Positions 27,585-34,925 of a stretch of DNA of 55,151 nt are shown in pieces. Under the pieces are notes generated by a model. The model was given only the letters and a program-made list of their open reading frames with translations. It was not told where the DNA came from and did not search any database. Source of the stretch: Alphaproteobacteria bacterium (GTDB taxonomy: Bacteria > Pseudomonadota > Alphaproteobacteria > Rs-D84). The position numbers and the translations under genes were made by a program. The DNA lies in the NCBI GenBank assembly GCA_050943575.1, contig JBMNPL010000003.1:1-55151 (forward strand). Reading direction: 5' to 3'. Every line of letters starts with the position of its first letter. The stretch's first letter is position 1.

Positions 27585-27626
27585 TTCCCCCGCTTTGTTT
27601 GCTATCTTAGCCCAAAAGGGAAAAAA

Positions 27627-29030
27627 ATGCTAGAATATTTAAGACAAGCGTCAGATAAACCATTAGCAAAAATTTTAGTTGTAATATTAATTTTTAGCTT
27701 TGTTGGTTGGGGTGTTGCCAGCTGGATTCTCGGCGGAAATCAAATGGATGATTCAATATTACGAGTTGGTGGCGCACCGCTTAAAATACAAAGTTTTGAT
27801 GCGGAACGTGGACGTATTATAAATGCAATGAGTCGTGATGAGCAAAAAAAGATTTATTCTGATAAGGCTGCTCAAAAAGTATTTTCAGAACAAATTTTAT
27901 CACGTATGACAACTGAACTTATGTTGCAACAACGGGCGATTGACTTAGATTTTACTGTATCTGATTCTTATGTTGCCATGATATTACGAATGGAACCTGT
28001 ATTTCAAACAAATGGAAAATTTGATTTAGGACGCTATAACGCTATTTTAAGCCAATCACAAATAACCGAAGAACAATTATCAAATTCTATACGTAATGAG
28101 ATTTTACGTAGAATGGTTTTATCTGGGGTTAATACTGGGGTTAAAGCGCCAAAATTTATGACTGACGTAATGTATCAATCCAGATATATAAAACGTGAGA
28201 TTGAGTTCGCCACTGTAAAGTTTTCTGATTTTAAAATTTCAGAAAATCCAACAGAACAACAATTACGCGAAACTTATGCAAAAAATCCAAAAATAATTCC
28301 AGAATCTAGAAAAGTTTCTTATGTTTTAATACCTGCGAAAATGTCGCAACCTGATAGTTATGATGCAGGATATAAAACCGCACAAAAATTAGAGGATGAT
28401 TTAATCGGTGGTGAACCTATGGCAAAAGCCGCCGCCAAAGTAAAAGCAAAATTTGTTTCATTACCTGAAATTTCAATGGGGCAAAAATCTTTGGATCCTA
28501 TAATTGCTGACATAAATATATTCGCAATGGAACAAGGTATAGAAAGCGAGATTATTGAAACAAAATCAGGTTTTGTAATTGTTCGTGTTGATAATATAAC
28601 TGCTCAACATAATGCACCATTTGAATCTGTAAAAAAAGATTTAGTATCAAAATGGCGAATTGAACAACAAGAAAAAATGGCTTATAAAAAAGCAAATGAA
28701 TTATTAATAAAATTAAAAGATGAAAAAAAATTAATCGGTGGCAAAACCGCAGTTATTGGGCGGGCAAATGGTGCACCAGTTGAAGTATTAAATTTTGCTT
28801 TTGCAAATAATATTGGAACAAAAACTATTGTTCCGGCAACAAATGCTTTTTATGTTTTGAATATAAAAAAGGAAATTCCTGCTGATATAAATAAAGAAAA
28901 ACAAACAGCCATAGCGAAAGAATCTGATATATTAATAAATCGTGCAATTGTGGATGATTATATGTCGTTTTTACAACGTAAATATAAAGTGAAAATAAAC
29001 GAAAGAGTTTATAAAAGATTGATTAATTAG
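27627..29030 (+). CDS. PpiD/SurA-N-like periplasmic chaperone (membrane-anchored)
   Basis: I place the start at ATG 27627 (MLEYLRQASDKPLAKILVVILIFSFVGWGVASW, an N-terminal anchor typical of PpiD). The track's 27495 start overlaps tpiA antisense. Divergent tpiA/ppiD is a common alphaproteobacterial arrangement. Confidence 0.65.
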   Translation: MLEYLRQASDKPLAKILVVILIFSFVGWGVASWILGGNQMDDSILRVGGAPLKIQSFDAERGRIINAMSRDEQKKIYSDKAAQKVFSEQILSRMTTELMLQQRAIDLDFTVSDSYVAMILRMEPVFQTNGKFDLGRYNAILSQSQITEEQLSNSIRNEILRRMVLSGVNTGVKAPKFMTDVMYQSRYIKREIEFATVKFSDFKISENPTEQQLRETYAKNPKIIPESRKVSYVLIPAKMSQPDSYDAGYKTAQKLEDDLIGGEPMAKAAAKVKAKFVSLPEISMGQKSLDPIIADINIFAMEQGIESEIIETKSGFVIVRVDNITAQHNAPFESVKKDLVSKWRIEQQEKMAYKKANELLIKLKDEKKLIGGKTAVIGRANGAPVEVLNFAFANNIGTKTIVPATNAFYVLNIKKEIPADINKEKQTAIAKESDILINRAIVDDYMSFLQRKYKVKINERVYKRLIN

Positions 29031-29300
29031 TTATTAGTGTTTGTGTTAGTGGTTAGGGGTTAGTGGGATTAGAGAAGTAAAGAATACTATAAACACTAAT
29101 ATTGTTTCATTAAAATTTTGAACTTTTTGTCACTCCTGCGTAGGCAGGAGGGGGTCTTGATAGTATGTGATTATGATAGAATTTGTAGTTTATGAATTTT
29201 ATTTACAACTTACACTAACACTAATCAGGTTTTTAAGCCCTATTCCTGCCTGCGCAGGAATGACACGATGAAAAAAGAACACAGGGATGATACGATGATA
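29028..29300. repeat. Modular intergenic repeat, locus R7 (full-length form)
   Basis: Same module order as R8: heptamer block, ggg(g)ttag(t)ggga/ttggagag, inverted block, tttcattaaaa(t/c)tttgaactttttgtcac + hairpin ctcctgc-gtag-gcaggag (29133-29150) + ggggtcttgata, inverted block, aggttt(t)taagcc(c/t)tattcctgc-ctgc-gcaggaatgacacga (hairpin 29242-29261). Confidence 0.92.
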
Positions 29301-29310
29301 GCGTAAATAA

Positions 29311-29661
29311 TTAAATATCTGAGAATTTTACATCATTTAAATCAGGAGTTGCGCCAATTGTAAAAAAACCTTCTGATAAATCTAACCAATTCGGGTTCAT
29401 AGTTTCTATCAGTCTATATTTCCAAGCCCGTTTCCATTTTTTTAATTGCTTTTCACAATGTATAGCATCTGTTATTTCATTATAGACTTCAAAATATCCC
29501 AACTTGTTCGTATTATACTTGGATGTATAACTATCCGAAAATTTTCCTTGTTTATGTTGATATACTCGTTTAATCAAGTCCCCTGTTACACCGATATAAG
29601 TCGCTTTTGCACGATTATTAAACATAATATAAACATAGTATCTTCCAACTTTACGAACCAT
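29311..29661 (-). CDS. GIY-YIG domain nuclease (UPF0213-like)
   Basis: 116 aa: YYVYIMFNNRAKATYIGVTGDLIKRVYQHKQG is the GIY-(x10)-YIG motif with a downstream R and a conserved E (HCEKQLKKW). Confidence 0.85.
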   Translation of the reverse strand: MVRKVGRYYVYIMFNNRAKATYIGVTGDLIKRVYQHKQGKFSDSYTSKYNTNKLGYFEVYNEITDAIHCEKQLKKWKRAWKYRLIETMNPNWLDLSEGFFTIGATPDLNDVKFSDI

Positions 29662-29675
29662 TGTTAATATTTGTA

Positions 29676-31100
29676 TTACTTCGAATTATTTAGCATAGTT
29701 CCAATTTCTTCATATATATTTTGATTATTAATTGCTGCATTTGTTTTTAATTCTATGTCAGCAAATTGTTGCGCCACAGTTGGATTTGCAGGGTTCGCTC
29801 CTTGCCATGAAGCCGTTGAAACCAGATTGTTTTGAATGTTTATTTCTTTGCCAGAAGGTTGCTCCATATTCGAGTTTTTATCTTTATTAACTGTCTGTTT
29901 TTGTAGATCTTTATCAATCTTGTTAAAAACTTCTTGTGGTATTTCAGGATCATTAACATCATCTATTATTTTTAATGATGAATTTAGATTATCAGTTCCT
30001 GTTAGGGTTGGGGTTTCAGTAGATTGAGAATCGTAGTATTGTCCCCCCCCTTCATTCTCAACGAAGTCTTCCTGTAATAATGATGTATCATCATTCGTTT
30101 TATTTGCTTCTTGTTCGGCTTTTTTCTTTGCGACGGCATTTACTAATGCATGACCACCAATTGATGTAACCACACCTGCACCAAGTGCAATTGCACCACC
30201 GGTTACACGTTTTTGACTGGTGGCTTGTTGTTCTGCCAGCATTTGAGCATCACGACTGTTTTCATCTAATAAAGCCTCGCTTAATCTGCCAAAAGTGCTG
30301 GATGCACGACCTAAATCTTGATATTCATATAAACCAGTTGTTTTTTCATCCAAAATAACTTCGGATTCTATTCCTGCTTTTAATCCTAGTTGTTCTTTTG
30401 TATTTTTTAATTCCGCGGCTTTATTAAAATATTCTTCACGTAATAAATCTAGCCTATGTTCAGCATCAAGTGTAATATTTACATCGCCATAATTTGCCCT
30501 TTTGTTTGAATAAGAACAATATAGTTTTGATAAATAATCTTGCATATCTCTGATGGCTTCTTTATCTGCTTTCTTTTCAGCTAAACCTTGGGCTAATTGC
30601 ATGCTACCAATACCTATGGCAGCAGTTGAAACACTGGAAATAGCCTTGTTCATGCCACTTTGACCAATCTTGTCGTCAGATTTATCTTCTTCAGCATCAA
30701 CAATATTGGTATCACCGGTATTATTAAAATTATCTATTTCTTCCCCAGATTGTTCAGATTGTCGAAGTTTTGCATAAAGATTGGCAGATTTTTCATTAGT
30801 AGAACTTATTTCTTTTTCCATTTTTTTAATAATTTTGTCAGAATTTTTATTAGCATAACTATTATTTGCAATAAGGTCTTTTATTGTATTTTCGTAATCG
30901 TTAGCGGCAACATCTAATTTGCTAGTTAATGACTTTACAGTATCTATTGTAGAATCTGTCAAAATTTTATTAACTGAGTTTACATAATTACTTTTTGCGT
31001 TTTCTATCAACCTATCAGCAGTATGACGGTCAGTGTTGGCGATTACAGGTGTCGCAACAAAAATTCCAATACTAAATAAAATTACAAATGTTTTTTTCAT
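29676..31100 (-). CDS. Secreted coiled-coil protein with two glycine-zipper segments (474 aa)
   Basis: Signal peptide MKKTFVILFSIGIFVATPVIA. Segments are AAIGIGSMQLAQGLAEKKADKEA and GGAIALGAGVVTSIGGHALVNAVAKKKAEQEA. The start overlaps the upstream stop (ATGA). Confidence 0.8.
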   Translation of the reverse strand: MKKTFVILFSIGIFVATPVIANTDRHTADRLIENAKSNYVNSVNKILTDSTIDTVKSLTSKLDVAANDYENTIKDLIANNSYANKNSDKIIKKMEKEISSTNEKSANLYAKLRQSEQSGEEIDNFNNTGDTNIVDAEEDKSDDKIGQSGMNKAISSVSTAAIGIGSMQLAQGLAEKKADKEAIRDMQDYLSKLYCSYSNKRANYGDVNITLDAEHRLDLLREEYFNKAAELKNTKEQLGLKAGIESEVILDEKTTGLYEYQDLGRASSTFGRLSEALLDENSRDAQMLAEQQATSQKRVTGGAIALGAGVVTSIGGHALVNAVAKKKAEQEANKTNDDTSLLQEDFVENEGGGQYYDSQSTETPTLTGTDNLNSSLKIIDDVNDPEIPQEVFNKIDKDLQKQTVNKDKNSNMEQPSGKEINIQNNLVSTASWQGANPANPTVAQQFADIELKTNAAINNQNIYEEIGTMLNNSK

Positions 31101-32311
31101 TTTTTATTCCCCAATTGGAACATTTCACCCAATGCTTTACCAGCCTGTTCACCTGCGCCACTACCCGCACCAATCGCAGGAGTTACTTTATTTAATACCG
31201 TTCCGCCCATCGTGCCAACACCTGCGCCCATTAATGCACTGGTGGCTGCTTTTTGTTCGCGTGTTAAACGCGCAGCGTCTTCTTTATAAGTTGTTACATC
31301 AATATTAAACCATTCTTGTGTGCAATTAAATGGTTGTCCTGCGTATAATTTCCTGCTGGCAAATGGACCAGAACTGCCCGCAACCCAAAATTCAGCCGTA
31401 TAAACACAACTAAATGAACGTTCATCAAACATTGCACCAATAGCCTTGCATTGTTCTGCCATTTTATCGCGTAATTCATAAAGTTCTTTCTCATCTGCTG
31501 CAACTTGTTTTTCAACATCTTGACGTAATGTGCCCAAAACATCCATAGCACGCGCAGCCAATCCAGAATCAGCAGTTTTGCATTTGTCAGCAATTGTAGA
31601 ACAATCAGAAATTACTTTATCGCCCGCCGCTTTATTTAAACATCCGCGTAATTGTTTGCCACACCCAGAAATAAAACATTCGTTATATTCAGAACCACAC
31701 ATCTGAACATCTGCAAAATCACCAATTAACCTGTAAGCATCACGATCGGCTTTAATCTCTGGTGCAAAAGCAGCATATTCCGCACCCGTACACTTAGATT
31801 TCAAACGACAAGATTCTATTTTTTCACCCCATAATAAATCTGTATCTAGTGCACAATTTTTAAAATTATCACCGCATTTTTCTTGCATACATTTACGTAA
31901 ATTTTCATCACATAAATTTCGTCCGCTGTTCGCAACAGCCGCTGTGCGTGCAGTTCCCACAGAAGTTTTTATTGACGATTCGTCCGCCATACGTTGCGCT
32001 TTTATCATGTCTTTTAAATCTGAACCGGCTGCTTCGCCAGATGATTGCCCATCCAATGCCGCAGAAAACTTGCTGATTTTTTCAGCATCTATTATTGGAG
32101 TTTCTTCCTTAACTTCTTGGACTTCTTCTTTAACAGGTTCTGGAACAACTTCTTTAATAGCCGGTTGAGGAGTCGCAACTGGGCGACGAGCACGACTGAC
32201 TGCTGGCACTTCACTGGTGGATGATACTGTTGGACGTGCAACTACACCCGCAGCATTTGCAAAGCCGGAAATTAAAATTGATAATAAAGAGCAAAAAATA
32301 ATATTTTTCAT
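31097..32311 (-). CDS. Secreted Cys-rich protein (family A paralogue, 404 aa) with C-terminal glycine-zipper
   Basis: Signal peptide ...LSILISGFANA and an Arg/Pro/Val-rich linker (VARPTVSSTSEVPAVSRARRPVATPQP). Cys motifs are LCDENLRKCMQEKCGDNFKNC and later pairs. The C-terminus is ALMGAGVGTMGGTVLNKVTPAIGAGSGAGEQAGKA. Confidence 0.8.
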   Translation of the reverse strand: MKNIIFCSLLSILISGFANAAGVVARPTVSSTSEVPAVSRARRPVATPQPAIKEVVPEPVKEEVQEVKEETPIIDAEKISKFSAALDGQSSGEAAGSDLKDMIKAQRMADESSIKTSVGTARTAAVANSGRNLCDENLRKCMQEKCGDNFKNCALDTDLLWGEKIESCRLKSKCTGAEYAAFAPEIKADRDAYRLIGDFADVQMCGSEYNECFISGCGKQLRGCLNKAAGDKVISDCSTIADKCKTADSGLAARAMDVLGTLRQDVEKQVAADEKELYELRDKMAEQCKAIGAMFDERSFSCVYTAEFWVAGSSGPFASRKLYAGQPFNCTQEWFNIDVTTYKEDAARLTREQKAATSALMGAGVGTMGGTVLNKVTPAIGAGSGAGEQAGKALGEMFQLGNKK

Positions 32312-32317
32312 TCTTTT

Positions 32318-33178
32318 TTACCTTAACCTTTCACACGCGGTTTTTTGAAATTTACATAATTGTTGCGCCATTACCTTTTCGCTTGGAAATTCGGGAGCAC
32401 AACCATTTTTCATATTTTGAGCACATACATTTGAAACACATTTATCATAAGCAGAATTATTTGCACAACCTGATTTGGCAGATTCCAGTTTTGCCTGACG
32501 TTCAGATTTATACCTTTCAACTAGTTTAGTTATTGCCAATTCAGAATTTTTTACAGCATTATCACGCGCGGTTAAATTAGCCGTGCGAATATCATTGGTA
32601 AATTCTGAACATCCAGATGAAGCAACACTACATTCTGAAAAAACACGATTAAAATCAGTATCATCACGACATAATGAAAAATCTGTATTGCATTTTTTTT
32701 CATCACGAATACAGATGTTAATTTCAGATTCGCATACTTGTTTGTCTTTTTTACTTGTAACAGATTTTTGCGCGCTTGCCATTTTGATTTCTATGGATGC
32801 CGCACGACAAGATTGTTCAATTAATTTATCATATTCATCAGTATCATCCGCAGTACATTCATTAATTTTTTTAGAACACTCTTTTATCGCCCATGCGTAT
32901 CTTTCTGCTGGGGATGATGGTGCAGATTTTAATTGCGCAGCAGTTAAAGTGTTTTTTGCAGACATACCCAATGTAATCGCAGACATACCACTGGTATCTT
33001 TTCCAGCATCAGATGTTCCGCATAATTGACATCGGGCAGCTGGATTTGTTCCGATATTAATTGCACATGCAGAATCAAGACATTGATTAAAGTTTTGTTT
33101 CAAGCAAGCAGCATGCGCACCAGCGCAAAAACAAAAAGCGAAAATTCCGCTAAAAAAAATGCTTATTGATTTTTTCAT
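32318..33178 (-). CDS. Secreted Cys-rich protein (family A paralogue, 286 aa)
   Basis: Signal peptide ...FAFCFCAGAHA, then AACLKQNFNQCLDSACAINIGTNPAARCQLCG, KECSKKINECTADD, VCESEINICIRDEKKCNTDFSLC and more, about 30 Cys in total. Confidence 0.8.
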   Translation of the reverse strand: MKKSISIFFSGIFAFCFCAGAHAACLKQNFNQCLDSACAINIGTNPAARCQLCGTSDAGKDTSGMSAITLGMSAKNTLTAAQLKSAPSSPAERYAWAIKECSKKINECTADDTDEYDKLIEQSCRAASIEIKMASAQKSVTSKKDKQVCESEINICIRDEKKCNTDFSLCRDDTDFNRVFSECSVASSGCSEFTNDIRTANLTARDNAVKNSELAITKLVERYKSERQAKLESAKSGCANNSAYDKCVSNVCAQNMKNGCAPEFPSEKVMAQQLCKFQKTACERLR

Positions 33179-33219
33179 ACTCTCTCTATTTAATATATTT
33201 TATCATAAAAGAGAGTTTG

Positions 33220-33729
33220 TTAAAAGCAAAAGTTGTCTGAAATTTTTTTAATTGTATTATTTATTATTTCTAAATCTTCGGATGAAAAGCGCCCCAAAAC
33301 CCAATCAGATGTATCCATAGGCTGATTGCTTCGCCCAACACCAATACGAATACGATGATAATCACGACCAACAGCAGCATCTATGCTTTTAATCCCGTTA
33401 TGCCCCGCACTGCCCCCACCTGTTTTTTCGCGAACATCGCCGATTTTCAAATCAATATCATCATGAATTACCACAAGATTTTCCAATGGGATTTTATAAA
33501 AAGTCATCAATGCCTGAACCGCTAAGCCTGATAAATTCATAAAAGTTTGAGGTTTTGCAAAAATTACATTTTCAGTTTTTGATACCAATGATTTTTTTTC
33601 TTTTTTCCATACCGCATCTGTACCAGCCAGCGCATCAACAGCCATAAAACCGACATTATGACGTGTATTTAAATAAGCAGTCCCTGGATTTCCCAATCCA
33701 ACAATCAATATAGGTTTATTTTTTTGCAT
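33220..33729 (-). CDS. pth: Peptidyl-tRNA hydrolase
   Basis: ILIVGLGNPGTAYLNTRHNVGFMAVD and GGSAGHNGIKSI motifs. Confidence 0.95.
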   Translation of the reverse strand: MQKNKPILIVGLGNPGTAYLNTRHNVGFMAVDALAGTDAVWKKEKKSLVSKTENVIFAKPQTFMNLSGLAVQALMTFYKIPLENLVVIHDDIDLKIGDVREKTGGGSAGHNGIKSIDAAVGRDYHRIRIGVGRSNQPMDTSDWVLGRFSSEDLEIINNTIKKISDNFCF

Positions 33730-33778
33730 TTATAATCTTTTTCTATTATAATTAATAATATCATCAAAGGAGAAAAAT

Positions 33779-34318
33779 ATGAACTTAAAAAAACTAATTA
33801 CCCCTGCATTATTTTCTATGTTGTGTATTGGCAGTGCAAATGCATCATTGGTTGATATGTATGTCGGTGCAACCGGTGGTATCGGAAGCCAAAGATATAT
33901 AGTTGATGGTGTTATGTCCCCTATTGGAAACTTTAATAAATCTGCAACGTCTTATGGCGCATTAATTGGACTGGATGTTCCAGTTGTTCGTGTAGAAGCA
34001 GAATATAATAAGTTAGATACCAAAGCATTAAAAACAAATTTAGCAATGGCAAATGTAATATTTAAATTATTACCAACACCTGTTGTTACCCCATATTTAG
34101 GTATAGGTGCAGGTATGCAATTTAATGGAAGTATGGAAACAGTTGATTCTGATAATAACTGGGCTGCACAAGGAATGCTTGGATTAACATTTTCAATTCC
34201 TGCAACTAGTATGAAAATTGATGCCGAAGCACGTGCAGTTTATATGCCAGATGTATTTGAAGATTGCCTTAATATTATCCATTACGAAGGACGTATCAAG
34301 ATTAGATATCAATTTTAA
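33779..34318 (+). CDS. Small outer-membrane beta-barrel protein (OmpA-like/porin-family), copy 1
   Basis: 179 aa with signal peptide MNLKKLITPALFSMLCIGSANA, alternating strands, and a C-terminal ...YEGRIKIRYQF. Confidence 0.75.
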   Translation: MNLKKLITPALFSMLCIGSANASLVDMYVGATGGIGSQRYIVDGVMSPIGNFNKSATSYGALIGLDVPVVRVEAEYNKLDTKALKTNLAMANVIFKLLPTPVVTPYLGIGAGMQFNGSMETVDSDNNWAAQGMLGLTFSIPATSMKIDAEARAVYMPDVFEDCLNIIHYEGRIKIRYQF

Positions 34319-34352
34319 CATCCGTATATAAATATAAATAAAGAAGTTAAAA

Positions 34353-34925
34353 ATGAATTTAAAAAAATTAATTGTTCCAGCATTGTTTCTATATTGTGTA
34401 TTTGGTGGTGCAAACGCATCATTGTATATAGGTGCAACTGGTGGTATAGGAAGTCAACAATATAAATATGATGGGGTAGTATCATTATATGTTGAAGATT
34501 TTGACGAATCGGTAAAATCTTATGGTGTATTAATTGGACTAGATGTTCCAATTTTTCGTATAGAAGCAGAATATAATCGATTAGATTCGAAATTTGTCAA
34601 AACAAATTTGGCAATGGTAAATGTATTATTAAAAGTATTTCCAACGTCTGTTATTACACCATATTTAGGTGTCGGTACAGGTATGCAATTTGGCGGAGAA
34701 GTAGAACAACCTGGTGGTATGATATACGATGCTAATAACACCCGAGCTATACAAGGAATGCTTGGATTAACATTTTCAATTCCTGAAACTAGTATGAAAA
34801 TTGATGCCGAAGCACGTGCAGTTTATATGTCAGATTTTATTCCTGTAGAAGAAGTAACACCTGTATCAGGTTCTGTAGATACGGTAAATTACGAAGGACG
34901 TATCAAGATTAGATATCAATTTTAA
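34353..34925 (+). CDS. Small outer-membrane beta-barrel protein, copy 2 (tandem paralogue)
   Basis: 190 aa with the same signal peptide type and an identical C-terminal YEGRIKIRYQF. The stop TAA overlaps the polA ATG (TAATG). Confidence 0.75.
   Translation: MNLKKLIVPALFLYCVFGGANASLYIGATGGIGSQQYKYDGVVSLYVEDFDESVKSYGVLIGLDVPIFRIEAEYNRLDSKFVKTNLAMVNVLLKVFPTSVITPYLGVGTGMQFGGEVEQPGGMIYDANNTRAIQGMLGLTFSIPETSMKIDAEARAVYMSDFIPVEEVTPVSGSVDTVNYEGRIKIRYQF

Noticed and set aside
27495-27626. N-terminal 44-codon extension of the ppiD-like ORF
   Set aside because: The extension overlaps the tpiA 5' end on the opposite strand. The Met at 27627 gives the canonical short cytoplasmic tail plus TM anchor.
32583-33029. 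148-aa plus-strand ORF antisense to the 286-aa Cys-rich gene, with similar antisense ORFs in the 404-, 474- and 990-aa genes
   Set aside because: They lie fully inside better-supported signal-peptide ORFs on the other strand, and they have no RBS and low-complexity translations.
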